A DNA stretch of 63,386 bases, the filler included, from Reticulomyxa filosa (lineage: Eukaryota; Protista; Foraminifera): the NCBI GenBank assembly GCA_000512085.1. It is 21 parts of 21 records of this genome, joined end to end, with 100 filler letters (N's around TTAATTAATTAA, not from the genome) between each part and the next. Parts side by side here need not be neighbours in the genome. Positions count along the whole stretch, not along the records: positions 11,923 to 13,967 come from ASPP01003949.1; positions 14,068 to 19,543 come from ASPP01018452.1; positions 19,644 to 20,698 come from ASPP01014774.1; positions 20,799 to 21,903 come from ASPP01029370.1; positions 22,004 to 23,177 come from ASPP01008121.1; positions 23,278 to 24,960 come from ASPP01013631.1; 15 more parts are not named here. One strand, given 5' to 3'. Positions 12,553 to 24,390 of this stretch are shown in pieces. A program made the position numbers and the translations under genes. Position 1 is the stretch's first letter; every line of letters begins with the position of its first letter. Under the pieces are notes generated by a model, which did no database searches, was not told the origin of the DNA, and saw only the letters and a program-made list of their open reading frames with translations.

Positions 12553-14067
12553 TTTTTTTTTAATGCATAAACATTAATATTTATATTATATTGATAAATT
12601 GCAGAATGTCTTGCAGTTTTTATTCTTTACAAAATTTTTTGAATTGATTTATTATAGTCAATTGGTTTGTATGATATGTTACAGTTGAAGAAAGCAATGC
12701 ACATTTGATCGTTTCCTTTTCACTATCATTTGGCAAAAAAAAACATATAGTTGCAAGAAAATCTTTCAATATAAAATAATACTCTTTTGCAAAACAAAGC
12801 AAACTGAATACTAAATACTCCATCTAATAGTGGAGTTATTTAAAACAATAATCAATAATAAAGTCAAAATTTTTTATTAAAAAAAAGCACTCAAACTTGC
12901 ACACATAACGAGTACTATTATAATTTTTTTATTTCAATCGACGAGACTTTTTTTGATTGGCTAGAAACATCAACATCAATTAATTAAATCATAAAGCAGG
13001 ATTCTGTTATCAAAATGATATATGAGTCAGGAGACAGTTTTATAATAAATAAAAATGTCAAGACCAATGTGAAACCTAAGTTTAAGTGGTCGCCAGTGTC
13101 GATGACAGGATCTATACTAAATGACGATAATGCCAATATTAAAAAACATCCGTTCCACATGATGCTTCCCCATCGACGACTAATCTTCAATCTAACCATA
13201 TTTCATTTGTCCAAATGAACAATCAAACAAATAACTTGGAGTTATTTCTGTCTTATGTTCCAGTTGTTTTTTTCTTACTCCTACCTTCATCTTCGTCTTT
13301 ATCTTATTTCAATTGTGTATCCTTGCTTTAGTTCAACTCCCTGATGAGAAAGGGCACATTTGTCGTTGGCAAGGAGATGAAGAGGGGGAAAAGATGCAAT
13401 GCGAGTAACAAGGAGGGGCAATGCAACACACGAAGCGAAGGAAAAAAAAACAACTAAACCTGAAGATAATCATCGGATAAGTTGTGGAACTGCAATTACG
13501 TAGAACGCATTTTGGTAGTGTAGATCCACGTTATTCAGTCATTGACGAATGGGATATGGAAGCTGCTCGTATTGGGGATAAATGTTACTTTCACGAGTGC
13601 TTTTCTCACGCATTACAGCAACCAAGTCTTGTCACTTCATGTACGTCCATACCACTCCACACACCAACATACAGATACAACAACATTATATACTTATACG
13701 TGTATACATATATATGTATATGCGTACATAAAAGTTGGAGTGCCCCCTTAGAGAGGAAACTACAGGAGAAACAAAATATTAAAAGCAAAAGAGCAAAGTT
13801 CCAATTCTTCTGACAAAAATCATTTCCACATCGAATTTGCCACGTACGAAATATACTTGATTTTGATCAAACGCTGGACTGTCATCACCACATTAGCAAC
13901 TTGCCAAAGTCTTTGAGAATTTGGATACTCGAACTTTTCCTTTCGATTCGTGTTTTTGCAAACATTCNNNNNNNNNNNNNNNNNNNNNNNNNNNNNNNNN
14001 NNNNNNNNNNNTTAATTAATTAANNNNNNNNNNNNNNNNNNNNNNNNNNNNNNNNNNNNNNNNNNNN

Positions 14068-17000
14068 CGAGGGTCCTTCGTAAATTGCAAAAATAATGTT
14101 TTTGCAGGCTGGCATGATTTGCGTGTACAAATTGATCTGCTGCTTTTGCGCTTGGGCCATGTATGACTCCACTGTCTCAATCAGAAAGTCCAAAATGGCA
14201 AACAAATTCTCGTAGCTGAATGCGTTGGCCAACTCTTTCCACACTTTGAGCAAACTCGTTTGGAATTGATCTGTCGCTGTCGTCGTAATGTGGAACAAAT
14301 TACTCAACAATACCAATGTCTCGTGTCCTTTCAATTTATACTTCTCCGGATCCAACGCCTTTGGCAATAAACGGTCATTCTTCTTTTTTTTCTTTTTTGT
14401 ACCATTGTCGGCTTTCGGCTGTTGCATTTGGTTCAGATTGCTCCTCTTTAGCGCGTCTTTGCTTTTGTTCGCAGATCTCGTATGCACCTCGTGAGTGGTC
14501 ACGCTTCGCTTCAATGGACCGGGTGGCGCTTTGCTACTCGACTTTTGTTGGGAGCTCGCACTCGGACTTTGCGGAACGTGCGATCCGTCCGCACTCAGCT
14601 CTGTCCATCCTCTCTGGTCGTCTTCGTCGTCTTCGTCTCTCGCCTCTCCTTCGCTCATATTCGAAGATGATGACTTCACCAATTGGAGTGACGACGCACC
14701 GCCAAGACCTATGGTTTCGGCTGTTTTGGTGGGCGTGGCCACAACGCTATTGTCAAGACCAGTATCTTTATCCTCTTCTTCATTATTGTTATTATTATTA
14801 TTATTATTATTGTTATTATTATTGTTATTGTTATCATTATTAGTATTATTATTAGTATTATTATTGTCATCATCATTGTCATCATTTTGCGCATCTTCGC
14901 CTTCTCCATCGGTCAACGACACATCCACAGACAATCCCTTTTTCATTAGCTTTGTTTCATCGACCTCATCCATGCCACTGATATTGCCATCCTCTTCGTC
15001 CTCATCTTTTTCCGGCTCGGCCTCGAGTTCCGTTTCAACTTCATGCTCTGCCTCCGCATCAACATCGGTGGCCTCGGCGTGTTTTTTCTCATCCTTTTCT
15101 TCCTTGTCGTCGTGCGTCGACGGGGTCTCCACAAGGTCGTGCATGCTGGGCGTGCGCGACGGCGGACGAAGATAGTAGCGCAAATACTTTTCGTCCATCT
15201 TGGATTTGTTGGCGCAATACAAATGGATTTCGCGCGCCCAGGGCTTCAGGAACGTGGTGATCCACTCGCGCCGGTCACTCGTTTCGGTGTACTTGATAGC
15301 ATCTCGGAACAACGCCCCGCCAATGGACGGATAGTACTTGGCAAAGAGACGAGATATGTGTCCTCCGTTTTTGCGCACCCACAAGCTCATGGACGACTCG
15401 AATGCAAATTTGTACTTGTCGATTTCGTCGACGAGCGCTTTGCCAACGACAATATGTGCCAAGGCGCGCAGCAGCAGAAAGCCACTGAAGCGTGTGTCGG
15501 CATCGGGTTCAATGATCATCATGAGACCAAGGAATAGCAAGCGATGGGCGTAGTGAAAGACATTGGAAAGAAAGCCATCTCCGACCGGCCTTTGAATTTT
15601 CCAATCGTGACTGCGATAGCGTGACTCGACGACGGTGATGCGATCTCCACTCGAGTTGATTTCCATGACATTGACAATGGCACGAAGGAAATAGGGATGG
15701 GAATAATACAATGGGTCCTTGTCATCGGAGTGGGGTTCGAGTGCTTTCTCAATGTAAAAGCTGAAGAGCTGTTCAAACTGAAACATCAAAAACGGCGTGA
15801 GCACTTCAAAAAAGTTCTTTTCGGCTTGGACGAACAGTTCCAATACTGTCTGACTTGGGGAGTCACCAAGCTCTTTTTTCAACTCCGCAGGGGCAGCATT
15901 GCCACCTCGTAAGAAGTTGATGACATAGTTATCTTGACTTCGTAACAGATTCGTCTTGATTTTCGACTTGTCTTTCTTCGATACTTTGGGCTTGCCGCCT
16001 TTATCTTCGATACCCAAGTACTTGGCGGGGAACACTCGTCCCATGTTCAACAGGTGCTGCAAAGCAGTGAACACGGCCACACTTACCATACGTCTGCGTT
16101 CGGATGTAATTGTAAAGTCTTGATCTTCAAAGTGCAGCGACGTCATGCCCTTGTCCACGTCATTGCAAAACTTTAACAGCCACAATAGCATTTTGAATCG
16201 CGTCTCTTCGTTTGTCTGACTAATGTGCGGTAGCTTGTCGTATTCCACTCGATTTTGCATAATCGACTTTTTATTATATTGCAAGCGCTTTCGGAATTGC
16301 CGAATGTTGTTTTGGACTTCCTCTTGCGTGACGCCTTCGTTGGGGAAGTGCCAATACACGTGGCGAATTGCAGGATGTGCACCAATGCGTGACAGTCCAC
16401 GTAAAAACAGCGCGTAGCTTTCCGCCAAGTCCCTTTGCGTTTCAAACCAACGCGACTTTTCGATTCGATCTTGTCGAAACGCCTCTGCTCGTAGCGAGTC
16501 AATAAACTCGAACATCTTCTTTATCAAGTCTTTGTCGCCGTGATAGATGCCTGCCGAAAAGTTGTTCACTTCTCCAATGCGATGCAGCAAATATACGATA
16601 TCCTCGATCATGCGCGTGCGACGACGACCTTGTGTGTCGTTGTATACCTCGATGATGCTGCCCAAGACCAATGGGATTCCTTCCCAATGCATATTCTCCA
16701 AGATCTCAGCCACTACCACGCGAAGCCAAGGACTCTCCTCATGCAAGCAGTTCCAAAAGTTTTCTTTCAAATACTTTTGCAAGTCTTTTTTCGTATCTTC
16801 GAACCAATCTCCGCCTGTCCCGCGAAATCCCGGCGGTTGATATGCAAACACATATCCATTATTCGAGCTCTCTGTTTTAGCACTTGTCGCCGAAAACGGG
16901 TTGGGGATCCCTTCTCCGATCAATCCAAACAACAACGTGTGCAGGTTGGTCCAATATATGCGTGTCGGCGATCTATCTTTCCATTCGTCGCCATTGCTCC

Positions 17001-19470
17001 AGCCTGTCTTGCCTTTGCAATTAGCCGGGGGCATCTCTCCTAATAGATAGTATACAAAACATGAGGCTGCGTAAATGGTCTGATGCATGTGTGCATCCAC
17101 CACTTTTTTCGCGAGTTGTGAAATGATCGAGGGTACCAATCCTTCCATACGTATCACCGTATGAAATCCCAAATCCTTTTGTTTGCTTATATTTGCGCGC
17201 ATTTGATTACGAAGTATTGTCAATCCTCCTCCACTTGCTCCTCCTATTCCTACTCCTCCTATTCCCACTCCTCCAATTCCTCCGATTCCTACTCCTATTC
17301 CTACTCCTCCTATTGATCCGATCCCTGTCACTCCAACTCCGCCCCCAACTCCAACTCCGACTCCTGGACTGACTCCGGATCCAACTCCTCCACCAATCAT
17401 CGACATACGTTGCGACACCAAGGCCATTGCGGAAGAGTCTCCTCCTCCTCCTCCTCCGCTTCCGCCTCCTCCTCCTCCTCCTCCTCCTCCTCCTCCTCCG
17501 CTTCGATCGCTTTCCAAGCCACTCCCATCCAATCCTGGTATGCCACTTCCTATTATGCCGCTGCTCGACAGTGAGCCCATGCTTTCTTGATTGGCCTTCA
17601 TCAGGGCCGTTCGACTAATCGTCCTTCCATGCACTTGAACGAGTCCGCCAATGGTCTTATCCAAACTCGACATATCCGACAATGCGACGCTGTGCAGTGA
17701 TGCTTTTGGGAATGGACTGCGATTGGTGCTGCTGTAACCTGAGCCTGCTCGATTCAATAATTTGGTGGTGTTTCTCGTCAACTCGTCGTAAAACGCCGAC
17801 GCAAGGTCTTGCTTGCTGACAAAGGTATTGTAGATCTCCGCGAGCTTGAGCAAGAATTGGTAGGCAAAGTATCGCACGTGACCGTCGTAATGACACAACA
17901 TCACCAAGCCATAGCCATCGGCATTGGGGAACCATTTGAGCCACTCTGGAAATTCGTCTGATTTTGTTTCTTTTTTGGTGGTCTCGCTTTTATTCACGTT
18001 GGCAATTCGTCGCGTCTTTTGGGGTCGAAGGTCGCTCCATTTTTCATCTCCGTCACTTGGGTCTCCGTTCAATCCTGCTGCTGCTGCTGTCGTCTTGCGA
18101 TTTTCATTGGTAACGATCATCTCTTTCTTAAACACGTCCATCAAGTATGTAATAGTCTTCAACAGCATTGACAAACACGCCGGTGATTGATAGTCGTAAT
18201 GACTCAACATGGCAATAAAGCATTGGATGATATTGGTTCGGATCTCTTCGTCTTTCATCGTTCGCACAATGGTGCGCAACACTTGGGCTCGCACGTTGGC
18301 ATCTCGATGCAGCAACCACTTGCCAATGAATTTGCCCGACATACTGCAGTTTTCTTTGGTTGGCTCCCACAACGTGTCGCGATTGATATGTGGTGCCAAT
18401 CTCAAACAATAGATTAAAAAATCAATCGTAATGTCTGGAAACACTGGCAACACTTGTTCCATGGACACATCGCCACTGTTCCAATCCAATTGCAACAGCT
18501 TTTCCACATGCTGGTTAAACATTTCTTGCTCGTCTTGCATTGTAAACGTCGTATTATCAAATTCTGCTATGGCGTCACCTATCGTCAACAAATTCTTTAC
18601 AATCGGAATGTATTTGCCAATTTGCACAAATAATGACTCCAATGCCACTGTCAATTGCTGCTCAAACTTGTCAAAGTACTCATCCAATTGCGTTTCCGTC
18701 TCGAATGTTCTGCGCAGGTGTTCCCGGAACATTCCCTCCGGAACGCAAATGAGATTTAATGCGTACACGGCGATGAAAGCTCTTTCGATAGTTTCGTTTT
18801 TATGCGTGTTGATGAATAAGTTGATTGCATGACTGGCGTAATTGAAATTATGCACGGCCATTTGAACCAAGCATAAGCACAGCAAGTGAATAATTTCGGC
18901 GTCGACCGAGTTTTTGGAGTTGTACGTACGATTGGCACGAAAGATTTTTTCTCCAATGAGCGTGCAGATTTCATTTGGAAAACGCACGTTGGGATGGCCA
19001 TAAGCTTGTTCCAAACGAGATACCGTGAGACGACTCAGCATTGCACGTGGATCTTGAGGCATTGATTTTCTTCCCAACATTTTCAATGACCATTGCTCGC
19101 CGTTCAACGACTCTGTCACTTCGAGGTGTGGACCAAAGTGATCCCACGTGCTTCCTCCGCCCCTCAAAAAATGCAAAATGTCTGCCAAGTATCGTGGGCT
19201 CACACGTTTGTTGCTAAACTTGAACTTGATGCATTGGTCCAACCAATTACGCATCGCCGCTACCGTGGTATTGCTGCGTAACAGTTCCGTGTTTCGCAGG
19301 CGGATTCGAGGGGATACCAAATGGTCCAAGTTCTTTCCTAACTGATCCAGCCGCGCTTGTGTGTCTTCCAAAAACTTTTGAAACAGTTTTTCCGTTCCAG
19401 AATCTGTCGGAAGCGTTCGAATGGAATGTTCCAACACACGTATACAAATTTGTTGACGATTTTGTCCATC
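14068..19470 (-). CDS. Furry/MOR2/Tao3(PAG1)-family large HEAT/ARM scaffold, partial at both ends
   Basis: A single exon of about 5.4 kb. Segments match recalled Furry motifs in the expected order: IERAFIAVYALNLI, WLLHRDANVRAQV, ADGYGLVMLCH..VRYFA, FLKPWAREIHL and LVLLSNLFHIT..VWKELAN..NLFAILDFLI. An acceptor AG lies at 19472-19471. Confidence 0.8.
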
Positions 19471-19643
19471 CTAATTTTATCATTTATTTTTATACAATGT
19501 ATATGTCTATTATTTACTATACGTACGTATTGCTACAAAAAAANNNNNNNNNNNNNNNNNNNNNNNNNNNNNNNNNNNNNNNNNNNNTTAATTAATTAAN
19601 NNNNNNNNNNNNNNNNNNNNNNNNNNNNNNNNNNNNNNNNNNN

Positions 19644-19943
19644 ACTTACACTCGGCGACACTGCCATTTTTATACTTTTCAACAATCCTTGTTTCTCGAT
19701 GCATTTTTTTGCCAATATCATATTTGATTCCCATGTTGCCCCATATGCTTTCTCCCAGTCACCCACAGAAGATCCCGGCCATGGATAGCCGCACTCCAAT
19801 AATACTGCCATGACCTGTTGCACAGAAGTATCTTCTTTTCTCCAACGCTCAAAAGACTCAGGAGGTGGTTGAAATGCACTTCTACAGCCTGACACTAAAA
19901 AAATCATTACGATCAACAACCGCCACAACCTTTTGGGCTTCAT
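19644..19943 (-). CDS. Bacterial lipoprotein, paralog 2 (putative immunity protein), 3' truncated
   Basis: AAGGA upstream of the ATG at 19943, lipobox LVSGC, and RSAFQPPP..W..LLECGYPWP shared with the upstream gene. Probable 1-nt homopolymer deletion near 19685. Confidence 0.8.
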
Positions 19944-19992
19944 CTGAAAATTGGTCCTTGCGGTAGCTAAAAAATAAAAGACAGACTCCCCC

Positions 19993-20481
19993 TTACTTTT
20001 CAACACTCGGCACCACCACAGGCTGACACTCTGAAAATTTACTTGCCCATTCTGTCTTGCAATACGGGCTATTTAGCCGATTTTCAACACTAGGTTCTGG
20101 TGGTGGCGTATTGGAATCACAAGCATGTTCTATTGCTTCAAGCTGCTCTATTGTCTTGTACTGCCTGAACTGCTCTGCCAAGCCTTGCCTGCAAAAATAC
20201 CGACTTCCGTAATGACTACTAAAACCCTGCTTTTCCATGCAACGCTGCACCATTATGACTGATGCCATGGCTGTGCTGCCCCAATACTCATATGTACGAA
20301 AGTATTTGGCTGACGGCCATGGATAGCCACATTCCAATAATGCAGCTATAACAAGCTGTATGTGCACAGGTTTACTTTTCTGCCATATTTCAAAATCATC
20401 AGGAGGCGGTTGAAATGCACTACGGCAACCAGTCAGTAAAAAAATTATCACCATAATCACATAAGAAATAGATCCTTTCAT
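19993..20481 (-). CDS. Bacterial lipoprotein, paralog 1 (putative immunity protein)
   Basis: GGAGG Shine-Dalgarno, signal peptide with lipobox LLTGC, Cys-rich body, no introns, and ATGA overlap with the upstream gene. Confidence 0.85.
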   Translation of the reverse strand: MKGSISYVIMVIIFLLTGCRSAFQPPPDDFEIWQKSKPVHIQLVIAALLECGYPWPSAKYFRTYEYWGSTAMASVIMVQRCMEKQGFSSHYGSRYFCRQGLAEQFRQYKTIEQLEAIEHACDSNTPPPEPSVENRLNSPYCKTEWASKFSECQPVVVPSVEK

Positions 20482-20698
20482 GGCACTCTTCCTCCATTTA
20501 TCAACTCTGGCCGTGCTGGCTTAGTCACTGGCTTACTTGTGGGAATGTCACTCCAAAATTTCTCGCAATTAGGGCCGCCATTGCCATAACAATTATGCAC
20601 CGTATTCTCCTGCCCAGTCACTGCTTTTATCTGCTCCAGCAAAGCATTAGAACCATCAGGAATACTTCCACCCGTCCCCGCGTTATTGCCAACAACTG
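20478..20698 (-). CDS. C-terminal end of a bacterial secreted/polymorphic-toxin-like protein, 5' truncated
   Basis: Not in the ORF track. An open frame reads VVGNNAGTGGSIPDGSNALLEQIKAVTGQENTVHNCYGNGGPNCEKFWSDIPTSKPVTKPARPELINGGRVP-TGA, and the stop overlaps the lipoprotein ATG. Confidence 0.6.
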
Positions 20699-20879
20699 NN
20701 NNNNNNNNNNNNNNNNNNNNNNNNNNNNNNNNNNNNNNNNNNTTAATTAATTAANNNNNNNNNNNNNNNNNNNNNNNNNNNNNNNNNNNNNNNNNNNNCT
20801 TTATGTGCTAACTCTACAAAATAGTATTTTCTTTTAAGAATATTTTAAACGAATTTTATTATATTAATTAGTTTATATT

Positions 20880-21056
20880 TCATAGCATATTACATTTTGA
20901 GATTTTTTAGGTCTAAATTTAGCAAGTAGACATGCATCTATAACTTTGTCAAGGTTTTGATATTTACGTGAGCTGCATTCAACATATTGAAATGCCCTAA
21001 GTTTTGAAGCAAATTGATCTGCCTCAGCAGTGCTTATGCACTTGTTGAGCCGAGGA
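20880..21056 (-). pseudogene. 3' fragment of a Rho/Rac-family small GTPase
   Basis: ISTAEADQFASKLRAFQYVECSSRKYQNLDKVIDACLLAKFRPKKSQ includes the G5 YxECS motif and a basic tail. One extra A gives the CaaX KCNML-stop. No G1-G4 motifs were seen upstream. Confidence 0.65.
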
Positions 21057-21369
21057 ATAGTGTCACAAGAATTTTGTGTTTCTTCTCATATGATTTCAAC
21101 CTTTGGAATATATTATCTTTTTTTTTACCTTTAAAAGTGAAAACAACTTTGTAACCGAAATTTCTTCATAATTTATATATGTTTGTTATACATATTCAAA
21201 GAAAAATATGTTCGTTGAAATCATCAAATTTAGTTTATTGTAAACCGCTTTGTAGAATAATTAAATACTAACATATTCATTACAAAGGAAACAAATTAAT
21301 ATGATATTTGTTCAAATTGTCGAACTTATTAAAAGATATCATCAGTCAAGATAAAGAAAAAAATAAGAA

Positions 21370-21460
21370 TGGCCTTACGCCAACCTTGAAGTGTTTTGCC
21401 ACTTTTCGCATAGACTTTCCATCCAAAAGCATTTGCATAGCTCTTCCATTTGTAAACTTA
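21370..21460 (-). other. Helix-turn-helix fragment (Tc1/mariner- or pipsqueak-like)
   Basis: RAMQMLLDGKSMRKVAKHFKVG resembles transposase N-terminal HTH motifs. No catalytic domain or TIRs were seen. Confidence 0.35.
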
Positions 21461-22026
21461 TCACATTGCTTCTCTACAATGATTTTTACATTCTTTTGTG
21501 TTTATTGTGCGTTAAATACTTTAATATTAGTCAGTATAATTCATTTTAAACTTTTTTGTTTGGTAAGAAAGTTTATTTTTAACATTGAATTTTCAAATCA
21601 CTCAGTAAAAGAATGATGCAGAACTTTTCAAATAAATGCAAGAGATAAGATAGTACAATATAGATGAAAGATAGTCTGTGATTTGTTTTGTATATCAACA
21701 AAATTATTTTTACTTTATCTCTTTTCAATAAAGGTATACAAGTCAAATACTAAAAAAGCCCTTTTTTTTTTTGGGTTTACTGTTTTTTTTTGCAAACTGC
21801 TGTATTTAGATTTTTTTTATTAAATTTTTTATTTGTACTTTAATTTTTCCTCGATGACCTCTAAACATTTGTGCAACTTCAATATCATCAGAAGTACTTA
21901 CATNNNNNNNNNNNNNNNNNNNNNNNNNNNNNNNNNNNNNNNNNNNNTTAATTAATTAANNNNNNNNNNNNNNNNNNNNNNNNNNNNNNNNNNNNNNNNN
22001 NNNCGCTGCAGCATGGCAAGGTCTTG

Positions 22027-22046
22027 TCTTGTGTCTTATATAAGAC
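22027..22046. promoter_or_regulatory. SdhR (GntR/HutC-subfamily) operator
   Basis: Perfect palindrome GTCTTATATAAGAC (22033-22046) preceded by TCTTGT, about 40 nt upstream of the GntR gene. It matches the betaproteobacterial SdhR motif TCTTATGTCTTATATAAGACATAAGA as I recall it. Confidence 0.75.
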
Positions 22047-22086
22047 TAACCTTTACGCTTGTTTTATTTGATGTTAAAAAGAACCA

Positions 22087-22814
22087 ATGCACGCAAAATC
22101 GCTTAGCCGGCTGCCGCTTTACCAGCAGGTAAAACGCCAGATCCTGGAGCGCATCGCCGAGGGCGAGTGGGCCAGTAACGAACTGTTGCCCAGCGAGTGG
22201 GACCTGGCGGACCAGTTTGATGTCAGCCAGGGTACGGTACGCAAAGCCTTGTCCGAGCTGGTGGTGGACGGGGTGCTGTACCGGCAGCAGGGCAGGGGCA
22301 CGTTTGTAGCCGAGCCGCTGGACGACTGGGCCGGCATGTCGCTGGTGTCGCCGGGGCTGCTGACCGAAAAGCCGGATCGGCTGCTGCGCGAATTTCTGGG
22401 CATGACCCGCGTGCACGCGTCCGAAGAGTTGGCCGCGGTGATGAAAGTGCGTCGCGGCGCGCCCATGCACCGCATCCGCATGTTGTGGCGCATGCAGGGG
22501 CAGCTGGTAGCGCTGGATGACGTGCTGTTGCCGGTAGAGCGTTTCGACGCGGTGGATACGCGCTGGCTGCGCCAGATGCCGGGGGTGTGGGCGATGCTGC
22601 AGCAGCATTTCGGTACCCGCCTGCGGGTAGAGGCCGAACAGTGGCGCGCCATCTTGCCGGGGCGGGGGAAATCCAGCTGCTGGGCCTGCAGGGCGAAGTG
22701 CCGGTGCTGCAGTATCTGCGCCTGTCTTGCGATATGCAGGGCGTGCCATCCGAATGGCGCGAACGCTGGTGCCTGACCGACAAATTCGGCTTGACCCGGC
22801 AAGAAAACGGTTGA
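22087..22814 (+). CDS. GntR/HutC-family regulator (wHTH + UTRA), SdhR-type, one frameshift near 22665
   Basis: PLYQQVKRQI..LPSEWDLADQFDVSQGTVRKAL..LYRQQGRGTFV. The natural C-terminus (EIQLLGLQGEVPVLQYLRLS..EWRERWC) is in the frame of ORF 22587-22814. GC-rich codon usage, directly upstream of sdhC. Confidence 0.9.
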
Positions 22815-23035
22815 TTTTGCACCAGATTTGGGCGGCGAATGGCTTTTGTCCGACGCTTTGCCGACCGCGAGTGTCGCGGTTTTGATAGAATCACAGGGAT
22901 ATGTTGCACCTGCAGCAACGGTGCAGCATGTTTTGATGGGTGGGAGTGCCGGCTTGGCTCCCGTTCCGATGGCCCTCACAACCATGGTGAAGGCCGGGTA
23001 TAACCACTTGGTACATGCACATCCAAGGAAGCTCT

Positions 23036-23177
23036 ATGCAGAAGCAACGACCTAAGCACTTAGATCTGGGCAAGATCAGGCTGCCGGTTCCTGGCATCGT
23101 CTCGATCATGCACCGAATCAGCGGTGTGGCACTGTTTTTCTCGCTGCCACTCCTGATCTATCTTCTGAGCGGCTCGC
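23036..23177 (+). CDS. sdhC: Succinate dehydrogenase cytochrome b556 subunit, 3' truncated
   Basis: AAGGA Shine-Dalgarno. MQKQRPKHLDLGKIRLPVPGIVSIMHRISGVALF contains the SxxHRxSG motif. Confidence 0.95.
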
Positions 23178-23390
23178 NNNNNNNNNNNNNNNNNNNNNNN
23201 NNNNNNNNNNNNNNNNNNNNNTTAATTAATTAANNNNNNNNNNNNNNNNNNNNNNNNNNNNNNNNNNNNNNNNNNNNAAAAAAAAAAAAAAAAAAAAAAG
23301 ATAAATTTTGTGAGACTTTTTGAATATTCTGTCTGTACATATATATATACATATATGTATATGTATATATGTATATACGTACATATACAG

Positions 23391-24346
23391 GAAATATGGA
23401 GTGCAAGGGAAGAGATTGGTTTTTGCAAAACAAAGTGAAAGTGATATGTGGAGGAACGAGTGCATGGGAGATTGAAATGTTTCGCTGTGACCATGAAACA
23501 AAGCTGCAATTTGAGCAAATGAATTGGAAAGGTGCAAGCATACATTACCAAGATTGCGACGTCAATCTAAAGTGCAAGAGTGTAGTGTTGCTATCGCAGT
23601 CGTTGATAATGGAGGAAAGAAGCGTATTAACGAATGAAGACGCACTGCACATTATTGCAGACGGAGATGTACACCTTGCAGGAACCTGTCGCAATCATAC
23701 CCAGCTGTCCATACATTCGCGATGTGGATGTTTGACCGTAGAAGAAAGTGGAGTGTTTCACAACTGTGCAACAGCATCGGAGGAAGCGCAATACGCATTT
23801 TTGAAAGACCCGTTCGAGAGTCTGCATTTGGATGACCAAAACCACATTTTGCAATTTTTACCAAATAAACATTTCGTAAGATTGGGCAGTTTCAAAAATA
23901 TGCAAATTTGCGGACAGTTGACAGGAGGGAATGATTTGAATATCTTTGACTGTTCACAAGAAATGCACATTGTGCAAAGTGCTCAGTTTACATGTGGATA
24001 CGTAGTTTTTCGGAGTGTGCAACGTATCCTCTTCAACGGCAACATCCTCAACGAAAGGAGCAAGTGTTTCTTCCGAGCGAACGCATTGCTTCACATGCAA
24101 CGGGATGGGAGGATTGAGTGTCAAAAAGCCGACTTTAAAAGTAATCGAATTATCATTGACGGATCGAGTATTCAGTCCGAAGCCATAAGTATGGAGGGAA
24201 CATTAGCTGGAGACCAAGTACGTATCCGCAAACACGAGAAATGGAATAATCCATTGATTGAAGTCAACACTTTAATTGTGGAAGGAACACTGGACACCGG
24301 TATATATGTATTTTTAATATAGCACATTACGTATACTAACTCACTC

Positions 24347-24390
<44 letters not shown>

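Noticed and set aside
14495-15175. Poly-Leu/Ser or poly-Ile ORFs (also 34069-34808)
   Set aside because: Alternative-frame or antisense readings of Asn/Asp/Glu triplet repeats.
22655-22675. Programmed frameshift in the GntR gene (and similar shifts at about 19685, 29590 and 39840)
   Set aside because: All fall in or beside homopolymer runs in a low-coverage assembly, so indel errors are more likely.
22036-22985. Long antisense ORFs over the GntR gene
   Set aside because: Shadow ORFs caused by GC-rich codon usage.
19544-23277. Bacterial genes beside eukaryotic genes as a horizontal-transfer island or a single system
   Set aside because: Each lies on its own contig between linkers, with no physical linkage shown.
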